DNA from: Promethearchaeota archaeon | Lineage (GTDB): Archaea > Asgardarchaeota > Lokiarchaeia > Sigyniarchaeales > SOKP01 | Assembly: GCA_019057865.1 (NCBI GenBank) | Contig: JAHLWP010000001.1 | Span: 1-64,000, forward strand | Direction of reading: 5' to 3' | DNA length: 64,000 nt | Position numbers and translations under genes: made by a program | Shown: positions 20,838-34,745 of the stretch, one piece after another | Position numbering within the stretch: the first letter of the stretch is position 1 | How the letters are laid out: the number at the start of each line of letters is the position of its first letter | The notes under the pieces: generated by a model | Told to the model about the DNA's origin: nothing | The model's database searches: none | Seen by the model: only the letters and a program-made list of their open reading frames with translations

Positions 20838-20869
20838 ATTTATTAGTGGTAATAAAGTAATTTCAATAT

Positions 20870-21832
20870 TTAACGCTTAATTTTCTCTGGGAGATAAAAA
20901 TCATATTTTTTTCTAAATAGTTTAGTTTTAATGAATCTGTCAAATTTTCTCGCATTTTGAAATATGCTCCATATCATTTTATCATTTTTATAATATTTCT
21001 CTACTTCTTCTAATGTAATTGGTTCAATTTCAAACTCTTTAGCTTCCTCATTGAAAAATCTGTTTACTCTTTTAATTATCCTTGGAATAATTTCTGGTTT
21101 TTGTTCTTTAAAGAAGTTGGCAATTAAATCGATTGTTACTAACTTCCAATAATAATAACGATCAAGAACTTCTTGTACAAACAAAGCTTTTAAAATAAAT
21201 CTTAAAAATGAAGGTGCACTTCTGAGTAACAATTCAGCTTCCATTGCTTCCACACCTTGTTTTCGAAATAATGGAGTACTGGTATCTAAATATAATAATT
21301 TAGAATTCTCATTTATATTTGGGCTGGCAGCATCATAATCAGCGACCACAAAATTAGAAATTTGTCCATCTAATCCGAGATCTATATTTTCATTGTTTCT
21401 ATTAAAATCCCATACTTTTTTCATTTCTCTCATGACAAGAATAATTAGGGTTTCAATCTTATCATCACTAACGTTATGAATAACTTTATTTCCAACTGCT
21501 TCTGGATTAACAATTTCTTGTATACAATAAAATTTAATTTCATCATTATCGTCTTTAAACCATACTGTTCCATGGTTCGGTAAAATAAATCCAATTTCTT
21601 TTTCAAGAATTCTACAGTATTCATCATAAGCCCATATATGTCTTATCACTTCTTTCTCATTATAAAAAATCGGAATTCGTTTATATGCTAAATTTAATGG
21701 ATCATCATGTATCTTAAAAACTAAACTGATTTCTCCAAATCCTAGTATTTTAATGGGTATTTTACCTTGTTCTGGATGAATAGTATCTATTGTCTTTTCA
21801 AATTCTTTTAGTAATTCGATGTTAACTTTCAT
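20870..21832 (-). CDS. Hypothetical protein (DUF6206-like)
   Basis: LGFGEISLV, YKRIP, GLDGQISN, YLDTSTP, DLIANFFKE. Confidence 0.6.
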   Translation of the reverse strand: MKVNIELLKEFEKTIDTIHPEQGKIPIKILGFGEISLVFKIHDDPLNLAYKRIPIFYNEKEVIRHIWAYDEYCRILEKEIGFILPNHGTVWFKDDNDEIKFYCIQEIVNPEAVGNKVIHNVSDDKIETLIILVMREMKKVWDFNRNNENIDLGLDGQISNFVVADYDAASPNINENSKLLYLDTSTPLFRKQGVEAMEAELLLRSAPSFLRFILKALFVQEVLDRYYYWKLVTIDLIANFFKEQKPEIIPRIIKRVNRFFNEEAKEFEIEPITLEEVEKYYKNDKMIWSIFQNARKFDRFIKTKLFRKKYDFYLPEKIKR

Positions 21833-21939
21833 AATATATCAATTTACTATTAAACAATATTTATTAAACTTAATTTAACATTATGTTTATTTAAAAGTAT
21901 AAAATTTATTCATAACGTTTATTTTTATGCTTATGTTAA

Positions 21940-25146
<3,207 letters not shown>

Positions 25147-25193
25147 GTTTATTACTTTTATTAAATGCTATTTTAAAGTCTTATGGTGATATT

Positions 25194-26089
25194 ATGGCTG
25201 AAAATTATCTATTAGGGGTTATTCTAGCAATTCTAGGAGGAGTAGTAATCAGTTTTGGAGTGGTTCTTCAAAAAAAAGTAGTAAATGAAATTCCTAAAAA
25301 AGCAAGAGAAGAGAGATTCATGAGGACTCTAATTAGAAATCCTATTTGGGTATTAGGTTTGATTTGTATAATAGTCTTTAGTGCAATTTTCTTCCTTTTA
25401 GCTCAAGCTATAATTGGGGGGGCTTAGTCCCGGGTTTAGCTGCAATAGGTTTAGTCATACTTGTAATTGGATCAATTAAGATAATTGGAGAAGATCTAAA
25501 GAAACTAGAATTTTTAGGGATTGGCATCATAATTATTGGTATTTTATTAATTGGATTGAGTGATTTATCAATTGCGGGTGATATTAATTACTTTCTTGAT
25601 ACTGGTTTTAATGTCAGGATTATAATTTTCACAAGCATTTTATTTATTTTATGGATGGGATGCCGCATAGCTGGAAAGAAAGATTATAGAGGAAAAACAA
25701 TTTTTTTGGCGTTTTCAGCAGGTTTACCGTTTGCAATTGGGAATATTTGGATGCAACCTTTTATTATTTCTATGAACAATGTTTTTGGAGGTAAAGGTGG
25801 TTCATTAGATTTTATTATTTTTATTATTTCTACCATACTTATGGCTCCTACCAGTTTTGCAGGAATTGTTTTTGTTCAAGAAGCTTTTAAATATGGAGAT
25901 GCTAGCAAAATTGTCCCTATTCAGCAGATTCCAATACAAATTACACCAATTTTTCTTTATTTCGGTGTTTTTTTAAAAGCTCCGCCAACAATCCTCTCTC
26001 CTTATTATATAATATTCGGTGTATTGCTTATTATAATTAGTGGATTCTTATTAGGAAAAAGACAAGCTGCAATTGAAATAATTGAGTAA
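25194..26089 (+). pseudogene. DMT/NIPA-like membrane transporter split by a 1-nt frameshift
   Basis: The first part ends IIGGA-stop after a G7 run (25416-25422). A second frame from 25424 (LVPGLAAIGL...) runs into the 25556..26089 ORF. Confidence 0.8.
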
Positions 26090-26177
26090 AGTTGAAAACT
26101 GAAAGAAATCCTCTTATTTTTATACACTTAAATAAGATTAAACCTAAATCTAAATTAAAAAGTTTGGAGTAAGAATA

Positions 26178-27620
26178 ATGAAAATTTTTGTAATTATTTT
26201 TGATACCCTAAGGAAAGACCATACTGGTAAGACATATGGTAATGATTGGATTAAGACCCCCAATTTTGATAAGTTTGCAAGAGATTCACTAGTATTTGAA
26301 AAGGCATATCCAGAATCATTACCTACAATTCCAGTTCGAAGATCAATTCATACAGGAATTCGCACCTTTCCTTTTAATCATAAAAAACCTTTACTTCGAA
26401 CTGATGACATTGTAAGAGATCCTGGTTGGGATCCAATACCACCAAATCAGAGACATATGGCTGAATATATGAAAGATGAGAAATTCATTACCTCTTTTAT
26501 TACCAGTACATATCATCAATTCAAACCAAATATGAATTTTCATCTTGGTTTTGATCAATGGAATTGGATTCGAGGACATGAGCATGATAAATATAGAGCA
26601 TGGTTAAGAGGTGATCTTATAGAAAGTAAACAAAAAATTGAGGAACATCTTACTAGCAAAAGAAAGGTGATTGCTCAACAGTTTCAAAAATTCATATTGA
26701 GAAATTATCTAAGTAATGTGCAAGATAGAGAGAATGAGAATCAATATTTTCCAGGGCAGACTTTTCAGAAAGCAGTTGAAGTCGTCAAAGATACACTATC
26801 ACTAGAAAAAACTTTTTGTGTTATTGATGAGTTTGATCCGCATGAGCCATGGGACCCTCCTCAGAAATATCTTGATCTTTATGTTGATAAAAATTATACC
26901 GGAAAGAAAGTGATTACCCCATTTTATAATACAAGAATTAAATATCTAACTGATGGTGAATTAAAATATATGAGGGCCTGTTATGCTGGAGAAGTTTCCT
27001 TATGTGATAATTGGTTTGGTTATTTTATTGAAGAACTTAAGAACCTTGAATTATATGAAGATTCATTAATTATTCTTATTAGCGATCATGGTCACAGTAT
27101 AGGAGAACATAATGCAGCTGGTAAAATTCCTATGTATTTATACCCTGAACTCGTAGATATCCCTTTCATGATTAAACCACCCGGTGTTATAAATGGTCCG
27201 AAAAGAATTAGAAAATCATATGTATATAATCATGACATTTTACCAACCATTTTTGGATTTTTAGAAAAAGAGAAACCAGATATATTTGAAGGTTTAGATC
27301 TTTCACTATTTATCAATGGAAATGACCAATTATTAGAAGGACGTGATTATATAACGTGTGGATTTCATTTATCTACGCTATATAAAGACGATAATTATGC
27401 TTTTATTTCAGCAAATGACAGATCTAAACAGAAATTATTTGATTTATCTAAGGATCCAGAGTGGAATGATAATATTGCAGAAGATAATCCGGATATATGC
27501 GATGAGTTATTTAAAAAAATAGTAATTGATGCGAAAGAAGACCTTTTAATGAGTTATTCAATGACATTAAAAGAATCTGTAGATTGGTATGGACAAAGTT
27601 CAATAAAAAATCAAAAATAA
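26178..27620 (+). CDS. Sulfatase/alkaline-phosphatase superfamily hydrolase
   Basis: DTLRKD, TPNFD, TIPVR in place of C/SxPxR, DPHEPW, SDHG. Confidence 0.88.
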   Translation: MKIFVIIFDTLRKDHTGKTYGNDWIKTPNFDKFARDSLVFEKAYPESLPTIPVRRSIHTGIRTFPFNHKKPLLRTDDIVRDPGWDPIPPNQRHMAEYMKDEKFITSFITSTYHQFKPNMNFHLGFDQWNWIRGHEHDKYRAWLRGDLIESKQKIEEHLTSKRKVIAQQFQKFILRNYLSNVQDRENENQYFPGQTFQKAVEVVKDTLSLEKTFCVIDEFDPHEPWDPPQKYLDLYVDKNYTGKKVITPFYNTRIKYLTDGELKYMRACYAGEVSLCDNWFGYFIEELKNLELYEDSLIILISDHGHSIGEHNAAGKIPMYLYPELVDIPFMIKPPGVINGPKRIRKSYVYNHDILPTIFGFLEKEKPDIFEGLDLSLFINGNDQLLEGRDYITCGFHLSTLYKDDNYAFISANDRSKQKLFDLSKDPEWNDNIAEDNPDICDELFKKIVIDAKEDLLMSYSMTLKESVDWYGQSSIKNQK

Positions 27621-27702
27621 TATTTAACAAATGAGATTTTATTTACCATTAAAATGATTTTTGTTTTTAAATTAGAAGAACATCAAAAAAAAGGGTATTA
27701 AA

Positions 27703-28518
27703 ATGGCACGTCCTCTATGGTTTGGAGAATTACTAAAAAAAACCTTTCCAAACATTCAATTAATTGCTAAATTGACCAAAGTCCCGATCATTGGTAGACT
27801 AGTCGATAAACTTCTCTTTGAAGGAGATAATATTATCTATTTAACTCAGGATAAGCTTATTCCAATAAATCAGAGCATTGAGAAACAAGATGACTTGGTT
27901 TTACCCTCACAAGTTCTTGAATATTTCATAAATAAAGCTAAATATCATTTTATCATGAATACATGTATATGTCGCGAATCTCTAGATTGTCAAGATTATC
28001 CCCAAGACTTAGGGTGTCTATTTATGGGAGAAGGGATTCTTGATATTAACCCACGGCTTGGTAAAAAGGTATCTAAAGAAGAAGCACTTGATCATAGTAA
28101 AAAATGTCGAGAAGCCGGCTTAGTACATTTGATAGGAAGGAATAAACTCGATAAACAATGGTTGGGTGTAGAAGATGGAAATAAACTCCTTACTGTTTGT
28201 AATTGCGACCCTTGCTGTTGTCTATGGCGTATAACTCCTGTATTAACCCCCAGAATTAGTTCAAAAGTTACTAAAATGACAGGTGTGAAAGTTAAGGTTA
28301 CTGATAAATGTATAGGCTGTGGAACTTGTACTAAGGATATTTGTTTTGTTGATGCAATTCACTTAGTTGGAAAAAGAGCTTCCATTAATGAAAATTGCAA
28401 AGGCTGCGGAAGATGCGTAAGTGTTTGCCCTCAAAATGCAATTGAACTAACTATTGAGGATGAGCAGTATATAAAAAAAGCTATAAGAAGGATAGATAAA
28501 TTAGTTGATGTTATTTAA
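27703..28518 (+). CDS. 4Fe-4S ferredoxin-domain protein
   Basis: CICR, CNCDPCCC, CIGCGTC, CKGCGRCVSVCP. Confidence 0.85.
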   Translation: MARPLWFGELLKKTFPNIQLIAKLTKVPIIGRLVDKLLFEGDNIIYLTQDKLIPINQSIEKQDDLVLPSQVLEYFINKAKYHFIMNTCICRESLDCQDYPQDLGCLFMGEGILDINPRLGKKVSKEEALDHSKKCREAGLVHLIGRNKLDKQWLGVEDGNKLLTVCNCDPCCCLWRITPVLTPRISSKVTKMTGVKVKVTDKCIGCGTCTKDICFVDAIHLVGKRASINENCKGCGRCVSVCPQNAIELTIEDEQYIKKAIRRIDKLVDVI

Positions 28519-28539
28519 ATATGTTTAAGGTGATATATT

Positions 28540-29979
28540 TCACTCCCAATGTATATTTCCTTGCTTAATATTTGTTATCCTTGTTCTATGTTTAAGTGCC
28601 GAAACCGCCTGAACTGTTTCTTTAATAGAGTGAAAAACAGGTATATTTGCTAATTCCAAAGATTCTATAATTAATGAATATTTTGGAACATATGGCACAA
28701 AACAAACAACAGGTTTGTTTTTACTGGATACAATATTAGCTATTCTTCTGCCAATTTGAAAGGAGATATTAGGCGGATAAGGGAGTAGTAATAAAATAAT
28801 ACACTCAATTCTCTCAATATCAGATAAATATCGAATGATATTTTCAATATCAGTGTCTAATACAGAACCTGTTAAATCAATCGGATTATTAAATGAAGCA
28901 ATTTCTCTTGCTACGGGGTTCATACGTTCCTTTAAATCCTTTTTTTCTTGTCTTGTAAACCGTATTGCATTCAAACCATATGTTTTTAACATATCAGACG
29001 CTAACACAGCATGCCCTCCAGAGACAGAAACAATTGTTACATCTCCATATGTAACAACATTATCTCCGAAAGGATTTCTTCGCTTAGATAAGATATCATA
29101 TACTTTTAAAGAGGTTAACAATTCCCTTTCAGAATGCGGTTGTATTATATAATGCTGTCTTAAGGCAGCATAAATAATTCTATAATTCCCAGCTAAACTA
29201 GCTGTGTGAGATTGCGTTGCTACCTTTCCTTCTCTTGTCTTTCCACCAAAAAAGACAATCACAGTATCCTCAGACTCTTTCGCCAATTGTAGAAATTCTC
29301 TTGCTTTACCTTCTTTAAAGCCTTCTAAATAGAAGGCTATATTTGAAGTCTCCTTGTCAACTGTGCTAAAATATTTTAATAACATTGATTCATCTACAAC
29401 AGCGCGATTTCCTATAGAAACTGCTGTAGATACACCAATATTTCGCTCATTAAATTTCACAAAAAATTGATCAACGAGTACCCCTCCACTTTGGCTAATC
29501 AACGCTACAGAGCCCCTTGGGGGTCGCGTGATACGTTCTGTAGGTAAGAAAATCGTATCAACTATAGGGGGTGCGTAAACCCCCAAACAATTTGGTCCAA
29601 GGACAGCTAAATCATTCTCAAAGGCAATTTTCTCCAGTTCTTGCTGACGTTTTATACCTTTGCCTCCAATTTCTGCAAATCCTCCACCAATTACGACACT
29701 CGCAGGAATTCCTAGGTCAGCACAATCTTGTATATATCCTAAAGTATCATCAGGTCCTACAGCGATAACTAAAAGATCAGGCATTTCAGGAAGTTTATCT
29801 AAGCGTTCATATAATTGTATTCCCTCAATTTCTCCAGCTGTAGGATATATTCCATAAACTTTTACATTCATTTCAAATTCATTTTTAAGTAATACAATTC
29901 GACCAGGACTCAATGGATTTTTTTTAGAGATTCCTACTACTGCCATTGATTTCGGTTTGAATAATTTCACTAAATCCAT
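28540..29979 (-). CDS. acdA: ADP-forming acyl-CoA synthetase alpha subunit
   Basis: F.PKS.AVVG.S, GGFAE, GPNCLG, SQSGG, SHTASLAG (phospho-His), NPIDLTG. Confidence 0.85.
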   Translation of the reverse strand: MDLVKLFKPKSMAVVGISKKNPLSPGRIVLLKNEFEMNVKVYGIYPTAGEIEGIQLYERLDKLPEMPDLLVIAVGPDDTLGYIQDCADLGIPASVVIGGGFAEIGGKGIKRQQELEKIAFENDLAVLGPNCLGVYAPPIVDTIFLPTERITRPPRGSVALISQSGGVLVDQFFVKFNERNIGVSTAVSIGNRAVVDESMLLKYFSTVDKETSNIAFYLEGFKEGKAREFLQLAKESEDTVIVFFGGKTREGKVATQSHTASLAGNYRIIYAALRQHYIIQPHSERELLTSLKVYDILSKRRNPFGDNVVTYGDVTIVSVSGGHAVLASDMLKTYGLNAIRFTRQEKKDLKERMNPVAREIASFNNPIDLTGSVLDTDIENIIRYLSDIERIECIILLLLPYPPNISFQIGRRIANIVSSKNKPVVCFVPYVPKYSLIIESLELANIPVFHSIKETVQAVSALKHRTRITNIKQGNIHWE

Positions 29980-30282
29980 TTTAAACAGAATATTATTATG
30001 GTTTCTTTTGATGTATATAAGTTAAATGTTTAAATTATATTTATTTTTGTCTTAAGTTAGTTTGAAAAGAGAATTTAGTTGAAAAGAGGATTAAGGATTG
30101 AGGAAGAAAATAAAAAAAGAATTTTAAGATTTGGTACTTTTTGCATATTTTTTTTTTCTTAAAGTCATATTTCTAATCGTTTAAAATAATAGATTGTTCT
30201 CTTTATGATTGATGCAAAATAAAAGTTTATTGGGAATAACAAAGAAATATTATCACTTTAAAAAATTTTTTAGGAATTTAAT

Positions 30283-31698
30283 ATGAGTGAGAAAAAAGAA
30301 AAGGATCTTGATCGGTATAGTTTTAAGAGAGCTGCTAGTTATGCTACTGGACAGATAGCAGACCAAGCTGCGTATCAATCGTTTTTCTTTCTAATGTTTA
30401 CATTCTATTTTGCTGTAGTTCAACTAGAAATTACTCTAATTACTGTTGGATTTATAATATGGGCATTTTGGAATAGTTTTAACGACCCTATGTTAGGATA
30501 TTTATCAGATAGAACACATACTAAATTCGGACGGCGATTACCTTATATCATGATTGCTATTATACCTCTGGGAGTAATTTTATCCTTATTATTTACACCA
30601 CCATTACCGATAGGAGTAGAAAATCAATTAGGGAATTTCGCTTATTTCATGATTATAATTATACTGTTTGAACTCTTTTATACAATGTTTAGCCTTAACG
30701 CTACATCCTTATTTCCCGAAACTTTTATTTCCAAGGATGATAGAACCAAAGCAAATAACGTAAGACAGGTCTTTCTTATTTTAGGTTTAGTAGTGGCATT
30801 TATTTTACCAAGTCTATTTATTAAAGATTATTCAGATCCTTCATCAAAAACTTTAGGGCAATATCAAATCTTTGGAATAGTATTAGGTATAATCGTTATT
30901 GTAATAGGAGGTATTTTCATAAAATTTACCCCTCGAGAAAAAGCTGAATTCAAAGAAGATTATAAAAGTGCACCGGGATTCTTTAACTCTATTAAAATGT
31001 GTGTGAAAAGTAAATCTTTCATGTGGTATATTCCCGCTGAAGTTGCAAATTGGTTTGTGTACGGAATTTTACCTATATTGGTTCCACTTTATGCAAAGGC
31101 AGTATTAGGTATGGTAGATGCACCTATGATATCAGTTCTATTGGGTTGTACTTTCCTCTCATCTGCCATTTTTATCACCATTTTATGGAAACCAGTTGTA
31201 AGAAAGATTGGAAATAGAAGAGCTTGGATTCTATCAATGTCAATATGGATATTAACGCTTTTGCCATTAATGTTTCTTGGAGAAAATATGGAAGTTTTTG
31301 CAATGATAGTTTTCTTTTTTATTGGTCTTGGATTATCAGGGTCTCTTTACATCATCGATTTAATTGTTGCTGATATTATTGATGAGGATGAAATTAAAAC
31401 AGGGACTCGTAGAGAAGCAGCGTATTATGGTGTAAATGCCTTTTTCTTAAGATTAGCAATTATTGTTGTTTTTCTTAGTATTGGTCCTGTTTTCATTATT
31501 ACCGATTGGGAGGTATTTACTCTTCCTGCATCTGCAGAAGTTCAGTTAGGACTTAGAATCTTAATGTTTGTTTATCCAGCTGTTGCATTGGGGATCGCTA
31601 TCTTGTCGATTTATAAATACCCTTTAGATGGTGAAAGATTAATAAAAGTAAAAGAAGATCTTCACAAAATTCATGAAGAAAAGAAATTAAAAATCTAA
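30283..31698 (+). CDS. MFS glycoside-pentoside-hexuronide (MelB-like) transporter
   Basis: NDPMLGYLSDRT.TKFGRR.PY, ADIIDEDE..TG.RRE..YYG, about 12 TM segments. Confidence 0.9.
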   Translation: MSEKKEKDLDRYSFKRAASYATGQIADQAAYQSFFFLMFTFYFAVVQLEITLITVGFIIWAFWNSFNDPMLGYLSDRTHTKFGRRLPYIMIAIIPLGVILSLLFTPPLPIGVENQLGNFAYFMIIIILFELFYTMFSLNATSLFPETFISKDDRTKANNVRQVFLILGLVVAFILPSLFIKDYSDPSSKTLGQYQIFGIVLGIIVIVIGGIFIKFTPREKAEFKEDYKSAPGFFNSIKMCVKSKSFMWYIPAEVANWFVYGILPILVPLYAKAVLGMVDAPMISVLLGCTFLSSAIFITILWKPVVRKIGNRRAWILSMSIWILTLLPLMFLGENMEVFAMIVFFFIGLGLSGSLYIIDLIVADIIDEDEIKTGTRREAAYYGVNAFFLRLAIIVVFLSIGPVFIITDWEVFTLPASAEVQLGLRILMFVYPAVALGIAILSIYKYPLDGERLIKVKEDLHKIHEEKKLKI

Positions 31699-33008
31699 TT
31701 TTTTTTTATTTTTTTTAATTTAGCTATTCCACTTCGTATCTTTGAGAGGATAATATCAAGTTCATGCTTTTTTACAATTAAAGGTGGTAAAATTTTGATA
31801 GTATCTTTTTTGTTATCGCAATAGTCAAGCAGAACCCCCTCCTTTATTATAGATAGCATAGCCAATTGAGAAAACATCTCATCACAGAATTCAACACCCA
31901 ACATAAGACCTCTACCTCTAACATCTTTAATTAGATCAGGAAATTCATCTTTTATTTCTTCTAATCCTTTCTTGAAAACTTTTCCCATTTCAATTACATG
32001 ATTTAAAAAACTTGGATCTGATTGGATTTTTAACATTTCTAGAGTAATTGCACATCCTATATCAGAACCTCCTGTAGTAGAAATATGAGCAAAAGGATCA
32101 TCTTTAAATACAGCTTTTTCGATAAATGGTTTATAACTACAGGTGGACAAAGGATAAATTCCAGCAGACATTCCTTTTGCTAACACCATAAAATCGGGTA
32201 TAATTCTTTCATTAGGATATAAACCTCCATAGATTGCCCATAAATGTCCTGTTCTTCCAAGACCTGTTTGGACCTCATCAATAATCATCATTGCACCGGC
32301 GTTATCACAAATTTCCCTAACTTCAGCAAAAAATCCTTTAGGTGCAATTAATATTCCTCCAGTAGCAGGAAGAGTTTCTAATACTACACAGGCTGTGTCT
32401 TCAGTTACTGCTTTCCTCATAGCTACTGGATCTCCAAATTCGATTTGCTTAAACTCAGGAAAATTCCACATAAAAGGATCCTTAAAACTTGGATCTCCCG
32501 TAAGTAGAGCAAAACCCGTATGCCCATGGTATCCTCCAATAGCTGAAATACACCCTTTTCTTTTAGTATAAGCTCGGGAAAATTTAATAGCTGTATCAAT
32601 AGCTTCACCTCCACTCACTCCAAATGTAGTTTTACTAATATCCCCTGGCATTAATTCAGCTAGCTTTTCTCCTAAAAGTGCCCTTTGTTCAGACAATAGA
32701 ATATGATCACCTAAATCTAATCCTCCATCTAAAGCATCTTTAAGAAATTGAATAATTTTTGGATTTCCATGTCCTAAGTTAAATACTCCCCCTGAAGTAC
32801 GGCAATTATATAATTCTAACGGTGGCTCTCCTGGTTTAAAACCTTCCAATGTTTTCATTATGACCCCTTTCCTTTCCCCGGGAATTACACCTAACCCAAA
32901 ACTTTTAAAAAAGCGAACCTTTGGCGCATTCACATACTTGGAATATAATTTTAATAACTCTTTTTGGGGTAATGTACCTATAAATTTCTTCTTAGGATTC
33001 TGATTCAT
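31695..33008 (-). CDS. Class III PLP aminotransferase (putrescine/acetylornithine aminotransferase-like)
   Basis: SGGEA, GYHG, DEVQTGLGRTG, LAKGMSAG, VRGRGLM. Confidence 0.9.
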   Translation of the reverse strand: MNQNPKKKFIGTLPQKELLKLYSKYVNAPKVRFFKSFGLGVIPGERKGVIMKTLEGFKPGEPPLELYNCRTSGGVFNLGHGNPKIIQFLKDALDGGLDLGDHILLSEQRALLGEKLAELMPGDISKTTFGVSGGEAIDTAIKFSRAYTKRKGCISAIGGYHGHTGFALLTGDPSFKDPFMWNFPEFKQIEFGDPVAMRKAVTEDTACVVLETLPATGGILIAPKGFFAEVREICDNAGAMMIIDEVQTGLGRTGHLWAIYGGLYPNERIIPDFMVLAKGMSAGIYPLSTCSYKPFIEKAVFKDDPFAHISTTGGSDIGCAITLEMLKIQSDPSFLNHVIEMGKVFKKGLEEIKDEFPDLIKDVRGRGLMLGVEFCDEMFSQLAMLSIIKEGVLLDYCDNKKDTIKILPPLIVKKHELDIILSKIRSGIAKLKKIKKN

Positions 33009-33142
33009 AATTTTAATAAAAAGTTTAAGAATATTTTAAAATTTTGAATTAACATTTAAAAATCTACAATGTATTAATTTATGTAATATTTTACAAATTC
33101 AATAAGATTGAATGTTTACTTATTAAATGAGATGAAAAAATT

Positions 33143-34651
33143 ATAGAAAAAACTAAAATTATAGATACTGAAAATGGAAAAATTCAAGGATATATAGAAA
33201 AAGGCATTGAAATCTTTAAAGGGATTCCATATGCAGCTCCTCCGATAAATGATCTGCGATTCATGCCTCCAAATCCACCTGAAGTACGGAGTGATATACT
33301 AATAACAACTGAGTTTGGGCCTAATGTTCCTCAACCAGATAATAATGCTTCGTGGTTATTTGGCCCACCTCGAGAAGAGAATGAAGCGAATTGTTTAACG
33401 CTTAATATCTGGACCCCTGGAACAAATAAAGAACGAAGACCTGTAATGTTTTGGATCCATGGGGGAAATTTTAGGTACGGAAGCTCTGCACAAGTTACTT
33501 ATGATGGCATACCTCTAGCTAAAAGAGGTAATATAGTACTTGTTACAATTAATTACCGTTTAGGACCATTAGGATACTTATATATTCCAGGTAAAACCGC
33601 AAACGTAGGAATGCTTGATCAGGTTGCTGCTCTTAAGTGGGTTCATGATAATATTGAAGCATTTGGTGGAGATCCCAATAATGTTACTATTTTTGGAGAA
33701 TCTGCCGGAACTGCTTCTGTTATTACATTACTCACCATGCCTGCTGCAGAAGGTCTATTTCATCGGGCAATAGCTCAAAGTACTCCCTTGTATTATGCAT
33801 CTCATCAAGAGTCTGGTTCAAAAAAGTTCATATCAAAATTGCGTGTTGAACCAGAGGATATAGAGTCCTTACAAAAATTAGATATCAAGAAGATTAATAG
33901 AATACATAGGAAAATGGTTTTAGAAGCTTTAGCAACTTTGGAAACAACGCCCTTTACCCCAGTAGTCGACGGAAAGATACTCCCAGAAGATCCTCTTAAA
34001 ATACTAAATAATGGTTATGCAGGTGATATACCATTGCTTATTGGAACAACTCGAGATGAAATGAAGTTTTATCATGCATTTTTACCAAATCTTCCTGATT
34101 TAGATTCTAAAGGACTTTTTAATCGCACAAATCGAATAATCAAAGACCTAGGTTATAATGAAGATAAAACTAAGAGATTAGTAGAAAATTATAAAGAAGC
34201 GAGAGAAGGAAAGCTATCAACAGATCCTCAAGAAGTCTTAGATGCAATTCTTACTGATGTATGGTTCCGTATTATCACAACTAGAATAGCTGAAGCACAA
34301 AGAAAGTATCAACCTAATACTTATACATATATGTTTACCTGGCCTTCACCTATGATGGATGGTAAATTAGGAGTACCTCATGCAATCGATGTGGCATTTG
34401 TTTTTGGCACACTCTATATCCCTGGTACAGAAAGATATTGCGGTAAAGGAAAAGATGCTGATATTCTTAGTGAAAAAGTAATGGATTCATGGATCTCATT
34501 TGCTCGTACAGGAAACCCAAACAATGACAATATTCCAGAGTGGCCTTCTTATGATGTCAATAACAGAGCAACCATGCTATTCGGTAAAGAAACAAAGGTA
34601 GTTAATGCACCTTTCGATAAAGAACGGGCAGCCTGGGATGACATTATCTAA
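33143..34651 (+). CDS. Type-B carboxylesterase; start is probably ATA at 33143
   Basis: FKGIPYAAPP..LRF lies in frame upstream of the listed ATG; WIHGG, FGESAG, catalytic E and H regions. Confidence 0.9.
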   Translation: MEKTKIIDTENGKIQGYIEKGIEIFKGIPYAAPPINDLRFMPPNPPEVRSDILITTEFGPNVPQPDNNASWLFGPPREENEANCLTLNIWTPGTNKERRPVMFWIHGGNFRYGSSAQVTYDGIPLAKRGNIVLVTINYRLGPLGYLYIPGKTANVGMLDQVAALKWVHDNIEAFGGDPNNVTIFGESAGTASVITLLTMPAAEGLFHRAIAQSTPLYYASHQESGSKKFISKLRVEPEDIESLQKLDIKKINRIHRKMVLEALATLETTPFTPVVDGKILPEDPLKILNNGYAGDIPLLIGTTRDEMKFYHAFLPNLPDLDSKGLFNRTNRIIKDLGYNEDKTKRLVENYKEAREGKLSTDPQEVLDAILTDVWFRIITTRIAEAQRKYQPNTYTYMFTWPSPMMDGKLGVPHAIDVAFVFGTLYIPGTERYCGKGKDADILSEKVMDSWISFARTGNPNNDNIPEWPSYDVNNRATMLFGKETKVVNAPFDKERAAWDDII

Positions 34652-34745
34652 TTTTATTTTTTTTAGGAATTTTATAATCTATTAATAAAAGAAATTTAAG
34701 GATGTATATCTAACTTTTAAACAATTTATATTAAAATTTCATGAG

